Virus record (IMG/VR): IMGVR_UViG_3300047548_001236
Span: 1 to 64,000 of that record
Length of the DNA stretch: 64,000 nt
Reading direction: 5' to 3' (one strand)
Shown: in pieces, positions 55,830 to 64,000 of the stretch
Layout: each line of letters opens with the position of its first letter
Numbering within the stretch: position 1 is the first letter of the stretch
The notes under the pieces: generated by a model
Databases searched by the model: none
Told to the model about the DNA's origin: nothing
The model's input: the letters and a program-made list of their open reading frames with translations, nothing else
Position numbers and translations under genes: made by a program

Positions 55830-56468
55830 TCACTTTTGCTTCTCCTCAAGCACTTTACGAGCCATGTCATGGTTTGCTCTTTCAAAAACACGACCCAGAC
55901 CGTAGTAAACCTGTTCCCAAACCCAAATAAACGGTTTGTGAGACAGCTCCCACACAATGCTTGCAGGCCACAGAAGAACCCAGGACGATACACGATCTTT
56001 GTTCTTACGAACAGAGTAGGGATAGCTGTCTGAATTCAGGAAGGTATCGAAGGATACATCAGCTGTCGATTTTTCATCTTTTTCACTCGGCGACATCACG
56101 ACATCACGAGCTTTGCGCTTCCAGTCAAGTTCTTCACGAGTTTTCCGGTCTGCCCAGGCGGCATACGAAATCTGGATGTTCTCTTTATTTTTGTTGATGT
56201 AGTTCGGTAGCTTCCACATTCTGGTGTAGACTGCACCGACAGCCACATACAGAACCAAATAGACAATCAACATCAACGGATTTGCTGCAATTGAAGCAAG
56301 AATCGGAATGTTGAACACCCACTCACCAACCGCCCATGCAAGCGCAATCACACCAAGGCCGATGAAGAAGCTGTCAGTTTCACTGGCCCAAACGAGGCCT
56401 CCCAGCACAATTAACAGATACAAACCAAGCCAAAAACCAGCCACGCTTGCGAAGATCATTTCAACCAT
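55830..56468 (-). CDS. Membrane protein
   Basis: Several hydrophobic helices. Confidence 0.7.
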   Translation of the reverse strand: MVEMIFASVAGFWLGLYLLIVLGGLVWASETDSFFIGLGVIALAWAVGEWVFNIPILASIAANPLMLIVYLVLYVAVGAVYTRMWKLPNYINKNKENIQISYAAWADRKTREELDWKRKARDVVMSPSEKDEKSTADVSFDTFLNSDSYPYSVRKNKDRVSSWVLLWPASIVWELSHKPFIWVWEQVYYGLGRVFERANHDMARKVLEEKQK

Positions 56469-56471
56469 TAT

Positions 56472-57065
56472 TCACTCCTTATTTTTACGGTTATCAAACC
56501 ATTGCTTCCATACTTTACGAGAGACTGTATCATACAGATCTTCATACCCTGTTTCAACCGCCTCGTCAGAACCGCCCAGCTTCACGTGAAACATAGCTGG
56601 AGCTCCATGATTTTGTTTGCAGAATGTTTCGGCTTGCTCGAGATTGTCTGCTATCTTCATCAACTCGTGCGAACCTTCGAAGAACTCGCCCTGCCAGTTT
56701 AGCTTGAGGCCATAGCAGATCACGTCGATCTCCCAGTAGTCGACCAACATAGCAAGATCCCACACCTGTTCCTTCGTCAGGAACTGGGCTTCGTCGATTA
56801 GTATGAAGTCGGGCTTGGGTTGGTTGGATTGAAACAACCGGAAGACACGAACGCTAGGAAGAATGTCTTTAGATACGATCACGCATTCTTCTTCAATCCC
56901 AAGACGACTTGAAATCGTGGTCGTCCGGTCGTCAATCTCGGGTTTCATCAGAAGAGTCTTAAAACCCTTTTGCTTAAGCATGTAGTTTTTGGTCAGTAGA
57001 CTCAAGCTCTTACCCGAATTCATGCTCGAAAATATGAACGTTAGCTTACACATTTCTTCTCCCAC
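56472..57065 (-). CDS. tk: Thymidine kinase
   Basis: SSMNSGKS, ISSRLG, LIDEAQFL, CYGL, FEGS. Confidence 0.92.
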   Translation of the reverse strand: MGEEMCKLTFIFSSMNSGKSLSLLTKNYMLKQKGFKTLLMKPEIDDRTTTISSRLGIEEECVIVSKDILPSVRVFRLFQSNQPKPDFILIDEAQFLTKEQVWDLAMLVDYWEIDVICYGLKLNWQGEFFEGSHELMKIADNLEQAETFCKQNHGAPAMFHVKLGGSDEAVETGYEDLYDTVSRKVWKQWFDNRKNKE

Positions 57066-57568
57066 TGCCCCATGATAGACATGGCATGCTTCATTTGTTT
57101 CATAAGGATACCGTTTTCGGAGTCACACCGAATCCAACGTTTGATTCCAAGAGTGGTGTTGAAATCGTAGTTGCTGTCGTCAAACAGCAAGAAGTCGTTA
57201 TAGGGTCCAAACTCTTTCAGATAGTCTGCAACCTCGACGGCACGACCATTCAGACGGTTGTATTTATCAAGCTCGTTCAACGGGTTGGTTTTCCAGTTGG
57301 GCCATGGGAATTTTCCCCGAAATCCCGCGTTCCTGAACGAAGAGTTGATCCAGTGGTAGTATACCGGATCGTCGTGTTTAATGTGGTTTTTCCACGTAGA
57401 AATCAGAACAAAGTCGACGTTGTAAAGATCGTCGATCTTGTTCATGAAATCGATGGCGATAGGATCAAAGCGATCCCACATCATGTGGTTAGTGCACGTG
57501 TGACCTAATTGCACACGTGCACTACAGAATACACCATCGATGTCGAGGAAGATTGCGTATTTAGACAT
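57041..57568 (-). CDS. HAD phosphatase (Swiss-army-knife RNA repair type)
   Basis: IFLDIDGV, LISTW, R..EV..YL, LFDD. Confidence 0.8.
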   Translation of the reverse strand: MSKYAIFLDIDGVFCSARVQLGHTCTNHMMWDRFDPIAIDFMNKIDDLYNVDFVLISTWKNHIKHDDPVYYHWINSSFRNAGFRGKFPWPNWKTNPLNELDKYNRLNGRAVEVADYLKEFGPYNDFLLFDDSNYDFNTTLGIKRWIRCDSENGILMKQMKHAMSIMGQWEKKCVS

Positions 57569-57784
57569 CTCACTCCCCAAAGAAACCAGCTTCGTAACCG
57601 TACACCATATATGCATCCTCAGCGCGTTTACTCCACAGAGCAATCGCAGCTTCGTTACCCGAAGCGACAGCAGCGTGCATCATCGCCAGGCAGAAGTCAT
57701 AAACGTTGCGCAGATTCATCAGCATTGGTCGATCTCCTTTGTTGAAATCAATATAGGCGACTCCTGTATGAGTGGCAACAGCAA

Positions 57785-58078
57785 TCACTCTTCCCAACGA
57801 TGGGTTTCATAATCCCAGTGTCGATGGTCATACACCTTGATATTGAACATAACCCCAAGCGTTTCTACTCGGAAGTCGGGACCCTGATGATCCGACCCCC
57901 ACCAATGCAGATCGATGAGAAAGTCAAATACAGTTTGGAACGACTTGAAGTTTGTGATCTGGATTTCTGCACTCTTATTTTTGGTTAGTGTCCAGTGCTT
58001 ATAGAAGTAGTCCACTTGTGATTTTTCTTTGATAGGCGGACTATAAAACAGGTTATCTATTTTCAGAGAAAGTCTCAT
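57785..58078 (-). CDS. Hypothetical protein
   Basis: DH.GP...YDHRHWD. Confidence 0.55.
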   Translation of the reverse strand: MRLSLKIDNLFYSPPIKEKSQVDYFYKHWTLTKNKSAEIQITNFKSFQTVFDFLIDLHWWGSDHQGPDFRVETLGVMFNIKVYDHRHWDYETHRWEE

Positions 58079-58614
58079 CACTCTCTCCCGTGATGATCGA
58101 TCGGCTTCCACGTCTTCTTTTTCATGATTCGACGAACATCGTCCATATTCAGCGGCATGTAGTTGTGACAGTCGACGCCGACGTCGAAGCTCAGAGCGTT
58201 AGGATCGTCAGGTAGAGATCCATGGCTATGGCCATATAGCATCCAGGCACCATGGTGAGACTTATTCCACACGCGCATTGAGTAGTGGCACAGAACGATG
58301 AACTGGCCATCGATAGTCATTTCGTGGTAGTCCTTAATCCACTGCCACCCTTTCAGGCGACGTCCTACCTTGTCGTGATTGCCAAGCACAAGGTGCTTAC
58401 GACCATTGAGACGATCGAGAATCGACTGGCCCTTTTCTTGATCCATGAAACAGAAGTCGCCGACGTGAAACACATCATCGTCGACACCAATCCTGCTGTT
58501 CCAGTTCTCGATCATTTTTGAATCCATTTCTTCCTTGGATTTGAAAGGTCGATTACTGTATTTGATAATGTTGGCGTGCCCAAAATGGGTATCGGACGTA
58601 AACCATGTAGTCAT
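58078..58614 (-). CDS. Calcineurin-like phosphoesterase
   Basis: FTSDTHFGH, VGDF, GNHD, HY, YGHSH, DVGVD. Confidence 0.9.
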   Translation of the reverse strand: MTTWFTSDTHFGHANIIKYSNRPFKSKEEMDSKMIENWNSRIGVDDDVFHVGDFCFMDQEKGQSILDRLNGRKHLVLGNHDKVGRRLKGWQWIKDYHEMTIDGQFIVLCHYSMRVWNKSHHGAWMLYGHSHGSLPDDPNALSFDVGVDCHNYMPLNMDDVRRIMKKKTWKPIDHHGRE

Positions 58615-58806
58615 TTTGCTATTCTCCACAATCCATTCTCCACGGGCACATCGAAAGCATCAGAGTGGAGCAATCATCTTCACCAAAACACGGAGGTGGA
58701 GGTTGCTGTCTGAGCTTCCTGATCTGCTCGAAGAGTTCTTGTTGTTTTTGTTTGTTTCCTAGACGTTCCTGAACAACAGATTCGTCTAGCAATTGTTGAA
58801 TCCTGC

Positions 58807-59106
58807 TCACACCCCAGCTTTCTCTTTCCACTTGGCAAGTTTCCGGCTGTTGAGAGCTTTTAGGTAATGTTCGTCGGCCAGCACACCGTAATGAATGTAG
58901 ATGATGTCGATCATACAGTTGATCACATCCAGAGCTTCGCCAACTACACCGTCGACACCTTGCTGCTTATATGACTTGCCCTCAGCAATCTGAACCTCTT
59001 GGGCCAATTCGCCGAGCTCCGTCATCGCATGGGTCAACACGTCTTGGATGGTACGTCCGTTGTCGACCTGACGTGACGTTTCGAGGATTTCAGAAACAAG
59101 TGTCAT
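58807..59106 (-). CDS. MazG-like NTP pyrophosphohydrolase
   Basis: TELGELAQE...GEALDV. Confidence 0.75.
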   Translation of the reverse strand: MTLVSEILETSRQVDNGRTIQDVLTHAMTELGELAQEVQIAEGKSYKQQGVDGVVGEALDVINCMIDIIYIHYGVLADEHYLKALNSRKLAKWKEKAGV

Positions 59107-59284
59107 TCAGCTACTCCAATGATGTCTTCGTCAGTTTCTTTGTCGTCCCAGCGATACCATCCTTTATCGTTTCGGCATGTTTGCTTTCCAGTCGTGTCAG
59201 CAAATACTGTGACGCCGCTTGACTTACGGACAAAGGTGTATTGTCTACCCTTGCGATCGACGTAGTTTTGATTTTCTTCGAACT

Positions 59285-59686
59285 TCATTCGATGCCGTCC
59301 AACTCTTTTTGCAGCTTTTCGAGTTGCTTCCGCTTGCGTTCCAGCTCTGTAGCCTTACGCTTTTCTTCGCGTGCAATTCGAGCCTTCTCTTCCTTTTCTT
59401 GCTGCTTACGCAGTTTCTCCTGCCGCGCTTCGTAAAGCTCTTTAGCCTTTTCCAAATGCTGCTCGACAGTCGATGGAGTAATCTCCTCAACCAATCGTAG
59501 AAGGTAATTTGCTTTTAGTTCGTACCGATATTGGTTAGCAAAACTGATCAACTTTTCTAGCTCAGCCACTCGTTTATCGTCCACCTCGTGCCAATCAATA
59601 CCGTCTGTGATAGTCCGAACAGTTTCGGTGCTTTCGTAGTCGTATTGCTCGTCACTATAGACTTTGACAATCTTAATTCGTCTCAT
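59285..59686 (-). CDS. Hypothetical coiled-coil protein
   Basis: ORF in operon. Confidence 0.6.
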   Translation of the reverse strand: MRRIKIVKVYSDEQYDYESTETVRTITDGIDWHEVDDKRVAELEKLISFANQYRYELKANYLLRLVEEITPSTVEQHLEKAKELYEARQEKLRKQQEKEEKARIAREEKRKATELERKRKQLEKLQKELDGIE

Positions 59687-60792
59687 ACTGTATCCTCATT
59701 GTGCTTGATACCATTCACGTCATGGTTGTTGCTTCCATAGAACCAGTGCTTTTGCGTCGCTACGTGGTTCGCTCGAACGAATTTTGCAACTGATGTCTTG
59801 AAGTCTTTGTATTCAAAACTATCAGCCAGCCTTACTACGTAACCTTCGTGGATGTCACGGTCGGTCTTTTCATTGTAGAGCTTCTTGATTGCCGCTTCGT
59901 CCCAGATCCCGTCAAACAAGACTGGCACCATCGGCATATCAAGCAAAGAGAACCATTCAATGGTATCGTCCCAGCTTAGACATTGATTATACTCGTTCCA
60001 AATCGAAAAGCCAAGTAGATATCCAGGCAGATCTTCATATTTGATCGAATGGACTGCATAAAGGTTCTCAGCGCAAACACGCCATCCTTCTGGCAGCTCA
60101 TATGAGCGCCGCATCCAGAAATTCTTTGCCCAATCTCGAGTGTAGTGACTACGACCATCAACGGACCGTGCGTGGCAGTAGTCCCGATACCCCGAGAAGT
60201 TTTCACCATCCATCTTGCGAGTAACAATCACTCGCTTCCCCTCGAACACCGAGAGATCGCTCATCGTCCGATCGTCTTCGGTTTTGCCTGGAGACCACGG
60301 AAGGTGATAGGTGCGAGGATATTTGACGTATTCGACAAAACGAATCGGCTCCAGATCACCAACGAGCTCTTCACCCATCGACAGATATTCAAACCGATTG
60401 TAGTCGGCCAGAACCTTACGAACGGATTCGTCGTTGTAAAGAGGTCCTTTTGTACGTCGACCATCTGTTAGGATCACATTACCCCACTTATCGTAGACGT
60501 GATCAGGATACATGTCTTCCGGCAGCGCAATCTTCTCGATCTTTGCCGCCCGACGAACATCCTCGACGCTCAGCCAAGTCGTTTCGGCTTTATAGTGACA
60601 CCCATCTTTACCGTCGTCGCAGAGCGTTGCTCCATTGTCTAGGTAATATCCGCCATCTGTCCAGAGACGACGTTCGATGACGTGATGAGCATCAATCTTG
60701 TGCCCGTTGTGAAGCCCATTTCCACAGACAACACAACGGTGCCGGTCTCGTTCGAATACCAAATTTCTGAAATCGTCTCTTGATAGTAGCAT
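59683..60792 (-). CDS. HNH-domain / ATP-dependent RNA ligase fusion
   Basis: CVVC...DAHH...NGATLC..CH N-terminus; KYPRTYHLPWSPG, KMDGEN, EGYVVR, KFVR. Confidence 0.85.
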   Translation of the reverse strand: MLLSRDDFRNLVFERDRHRCVVCGNGLHNGHKIDAHHVIERRLWTDGGYYLDNGATLCDDGKDGCHYKAETTWLSVEDVRRAAKIEKIALPEDMYPDHVYDKWGNVILTDGRRTKGPLYNDESVRKVLADYNRFEYLSMGEELVGDLEPIRFVEYVKYPRTYHLPWSPGKTEDDRTMSDLSVFEGKRVIVTRKMDGENFSGYRDYCHARSVDGRSHYTRDWAKNFWMRRSYELPEGWRVCAENLYAVHSIKYEDLPGYLLGFSIWNEYNQCLSWDDTIEWFSLLDMPMVPVLFDGIWDEAAIKKLYNEKTDRDIHEGYVVRLADSFEYKDFKTSVAKFVRANHVATQKHWFYGSNNHDVNGIKHNEDTV

Positions 60793-61398
60793 AACATTAC
60801 TCTTAATTCTTGCGAATGGAAGGGACGAGTCGGCCAGTATACTGCTTACCGAATACATCAACGGTTGCAATTTGATTGTTGGCGTAACCCACAAGGAGAC
60901 CCTGGACGTAGGTGTTATTGTAGACGATGGTTCTGATCATGCGATGACCTCGTACACACGGTGATATTCACCGTCTTGATTCGCCCATTGTTTTGTTTTA
61001 CGAAGCACCCGCTGAGCATCTACCTTGACGCCAATGAACGTCACCATATTGTCGATCTCGTCGATTGCATCCTTGAGCTTATCGTTACGAGTCGATAGTT
61101 GGGATCCACCTTGGCAGGTCACCTCCACGACAAACTCATCATTGAAGTGTTTTGGCATCAGAACTTTATCCATATTACTGACCTTTCTGGCTGAGTTTGC
61201 GGATGACGATGTCACGGTTGGTGATGGCAGCGGCAATCTTCTTGATTGCATCTTCCTTGGATTCGTTATCCAGGATCATCTTGACGAATGCTTCATTCAT
61301 TTTGGTGGTCGTTTCCATGATCTTGCTCCTCATTTGATAAACAACATATAGAAGGTTCGACGGACGCAGTCAACAAAAAAAGGGCCGAAGCCCTCTTT

Positions 61399-61896
61399 TC
61401 ACCAATAATCCCAAACATACTGCTTACCGAGATAGGTATCGGGGTAAGGTTTTTGCTCCCAGCTATCATCGTCCTTAATGATTTTACGAGCAAGCTCGCG
61501 GTTCAGACGGCGCAGATCGCTGGCACAGTGCTTCTTGTAGGAACGATTCAGATCGCCGTCATAGAAACGACCGTCACGTTTGAACTTTTTATATTCTTCG
61601 GTCGCATACTTCACTTCTTCGTCGTGATCGTATTCCACGTAGGTGATACGAACATTTTTGAACTCGTATTCAGTTGGTTGGCTTGGAGGAAACCAGCTGG
61701 TGCAAGGACGACCATACAGCCAATGGCCGTAAGCGGTTTCCCACTCTTCCATGGCCTTTTCGTAGGCCTTGCGACCACCTTCGGTCATGTAGTATTCCCA
61801 ACGGCGACGCTTTTTGACCACGTTAATGTGGTCATTAATGTATTTGACAAGGCTCTCCTGTTCGGTGATGGAGCTCTTGCGATAGGTTCTAGACAT
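61399..61896 (-). CDS. Hypothetical protein
   Basis: MSRTYRK...; AAGGAG SD. Confidence 0.65.
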   Translation of the reverse strand: MSRTYRKSSITEQESLVKYINDHINVVKKRRRWEYYMTEGGRKAYEKAMEEWETAYGHWLYGRPCTSWFPPSQPTEYEFKNVRITYVEYDHDEEVKYATEEYKKFKRDGRFYDGDLNRSYKKHCASDLRRLNRELARKIIKDDDSWEQKPYPDTYLGKQYVWDYW

Positions 61897-61957
61897 TTAC
61901 TTCTCCTTCTAGCTATGATAGCTCAGAAGTCGTCGTAAAACTTTCTATAATGGATCA

Positions 61958-62482
61958 TCAGATCTTTCCTTCAATGGTTTCGAGTACGCGTGATACTACA
62001 AATTGCTCTTGGCTGTCAACAGGTACATCCCACACAGGCCAAGGAGATTGGCGAATGAAATTGGTGATTGCATCTCCAGCTTCTTGTGCATACTGTTGAT
62101 CCGGTGTTCTGCCTCGAGGGTCATAGTTGTCACGACCTGGTAGAACGAAAAAGATGGATTCGAACTTAGTGTCTGCAATGTGCTTGAATAGATCGACGCC
62201 GTGATTGTCAAACTGGTTTTGTCCATAAAACAGAGAGCAGTATAGAGGACTATCAGTTACAACAACATCGACATTCTCAAATTGCTTGATCCGCCGATAT
62301 TTCTCTGAGAATACAAGAAGCTCATCAGACAGTGTCCAGTAATCCTGGCGACGATGGAGCTCTTTTGTATACTCGATAACCAATTCAACATCCATCGACA
62401 GCGCTTTGAGCTCTCTGAACACTCCTGCTGCGAGTGTTGATTTACCTGCACTAGGCGGTCCTGTAAAGTTAACGAGAAGCAT
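61958..62482 (-). CDS. P-loop kinase (NadR/AAA_28-like)
   Basis: GPPSAGKST, EYTKE, VVTDSPL. Confidence 0.8.
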   Translation of the reverse strand: MLLVNFTGPPSAGKSTLAAGVFRELKALSMDVELVIEYTKELHRRQDYWTLSDELLVFSEKYRRIKQFENVDVVVTDSPLYCSLFYGQNQFDNHGVDLFKHIADTKFESIFFVLPGRDNYDPRGRTPDQQYAQEAGDAITNFIRQSPWPVWDVPVDSQEQFVVSRVLETIEGKI

Positions 62483-62494
62483 GATATATACTCT

Positions 62495-63004
62495 TTATGG
62501 AGTTGTCTTGTTGGAAAATTGCTCAACGATAGTGTAATCGTTGCGTGTGATCGTTATTTGATTGGAAATGAGCACGCTTTTGTGTTCGATGATCTTCTTG
62601 AGTCCGTTACTATCAAACCCAAGCATTGCAAGCTGTGGCAGCCCCATAAACCGTACAAACTCGTCGATGTCGATGATCTGGTCGCGGATTGGAACGGTCT
62701 TAGTTATGAGTATTTTGTATTGCCCTTCTTGTAACTTCTGACCTCGTGAAGTCATACGAGCGATGTTCAGATCTTTTGTCCACGTTGTATAGTCACTGAG
62801 TTGTGCACGGGAACGGTAAGCATTATCAATGAATGTATCATCTACGACGATAGCAAGGTGCAACAGCTTTGTATAATTGCGCAATTGGTTTGGAATTTGC
62901 GTTTTGTTTGACTCGAGCTGTCCTGCAGCTCGAGAGGTTTGACTGCTGAGCCAAGTGTTCAGCGATTGTTTGAAGTTTTCAGAGCCGACGTAGCTTATTG
63001 GCAC
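62495..63004 (-). CDS. Hypothetical protein
   Basis: 169-aa ORF. Confidence 0.55.
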   Translation of the reverse strand: MPISYVGSENFKQSLNTWLSSQTSRAAGQLESNKTQIPNQLRNYTKLLHLAIVVDDTFIDNAYRSRAQLSDYTTWTKDLNIARMTSRGQKLQEGQYKILITKTVPIRDQIIDIDEFVRFMGLPQLAMLGFDSNGLKKIIEHKSVLISNQITITRNDYTIVEQFSNKTTP

Positions 63005-63155
63005 CTAATGCGTTCCTCTCTAGTAAGTGAATTCAAGGTCCGTGTTGCCCAGCCTTTGGTTTTAAACCTTTGTGGATAGGCTACAGTGCAGTCAGGCCAA
63101 CGGATACTCCACGATCCATCGACACATTCGATATGACACTGATACCACATATTTA

Positions 63156-63629
63156 TCACTCCAAGATGTATACATACGGTTTGACGTTCTTCAACTCTGA
63201 TTCGATGATAGCAGCAATCACGTTCCAATCACCGCCTCCAAGACCTGCGCCAATTTGGGGCATTGCAACTGCTGAAATACCGTAGATTTCAAAGAAGCTG
63301 TTGATTTTACTCATCGACTCAGCAACTGCATCATAGCTAACATAGCGCTGTCCATCACGACCATAAAGGTTTTGCGTGATTGCGTTAACAATAACTTTGT
63401 AGTTGTCGGGGTCGTTCACACGATCGCCACAAGGAACCGTAATGACGTCTCCCAGCTTTAAGTGATGGTGCTGTTCGTAAGCAGAACGATAGCGGTCATA
63501 CGCCTTCGGATACTTCTCGCGAATAATCTTCGCAACGCCAGATCCCATAACACCTTGAGCATTGCACCCATGTACAATCACTTTGATTGGGGTCTGGAAC
63601 AGATCGCCTTTGACATATTCAATTTGCAT
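63156..63629 (-). CDS. Macro domain (ADP-ribose processing) protein
   Basis: GDLF, HGCNAQGVMGSGVA, MPQIGAGLGGGDW. Confidence 0.92.
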   Translation of the reverse strand: MQIEYVKGDLFQTPIKVIVHGCNAQGVMGSGVAKIIREKYPKAYDRYRSAYEQHHHLKLGDVITVPCGDRVNDPDNYKVIVNAITQNLYGRDGQRYVSYDAVAESMSKINSFFEIYGISAVAMPQIGAGLGGGDWNVIAAIIESELKNVKPYVYILE

Positions 63630-63852
63630 TTTCGAGGTCCTCCGGCATATCAATTTGGATTACTGTGTTGGCGTCCACGCAGAGGCGGTATCTTCCATCA
63701 TCTGTAACAGCTATCCCTCCAGCTTGTTCGCACAATGCTACTTTTCGATTGTGTTCGGGCACAGCAACAAAAAAAGCATAACTCACCATTGTACCAATGA
63801 TGCTGACCATAACTCCTGCAAAGATCGCCCATAGAGTTGTTTCTGTATCCAT
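63619..63852 (-). CDS. Small membrane protein
   Basis: N-terminal transmembrane helix; AGGAG SD. Confidence 0.55.
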   Translation of the reverse strand: MDTETTLWAIFAGVMVSIIGTMVSYAFFVAVPEHNRKVALCEQAGGIAVTDDGRYRLCVDANTVIQIDMPEDLENAN

Positions 63853-64000
63853 TTACTTCGCTCCTTCTAACATCTCCAAATGCTTGCGAACGTAACGCAT
63901 AAACAGAGGAGCGTAATCTTCGGCCTTGAACGTAGCGTTCCCAATATCAGAGATCGGAACAGGAAATGCAAAGTGATCTTGCGTTTCATACCAGAGGTTG

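Overview
This is a 64-kb segment of a large T4-like myovirus genome, transcribed almost entirely from the minus strand. The host is probably an alphaproteobacterium, judging by a permuted two-piece tmRNA with an ANDN...LAA tag, a tRNA-His lacking G-1 with A73, and a hemO-pcyX-like cassette. Left arm: gp41, uvsX, gp32, gp59, gp33 and auxiliary genes (bilin reductase, heme oxygenase, beta-barrel porin, ornithine decarboxylase, sirtuin). Middle (about 12-42.7 kb): a very large tRNA/ncRNA island with about 38 conventional tRNAs, homing endonucleases and late-promoter internal head proteins. Right arm: topoisomerase II, dCMP deaminase, thymidine kinase and RNA-repair genes. The most striking signal is a dispersed family of 11 ncRNA cassettes closed by a terminal stem carrying a conserved C(A/C)GC(A)A motif. 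At least four hold complete circularly permuted tRNAs (Ile-GAU, Asp-GUC, Met-CAU, Pro-UGG): 3' half plus CCA first, 5' half second, broken in the 5' strand of the anticodon stem. One shares its spacer ends with the phage's own permuted tmRNA. Other highlights: homing endonucleases beside replacement tRNA/tmRNA copies and truncated remnants, a tRNA-Arg with a 50-nt anticodon insert, an amber suppressor tRNA, a four-copy three-way-junction leader motif, boxA elements, and a candidate tRNA-sensing attenuator heading the tRNA operon. All calls were made by eye; no database search was run.
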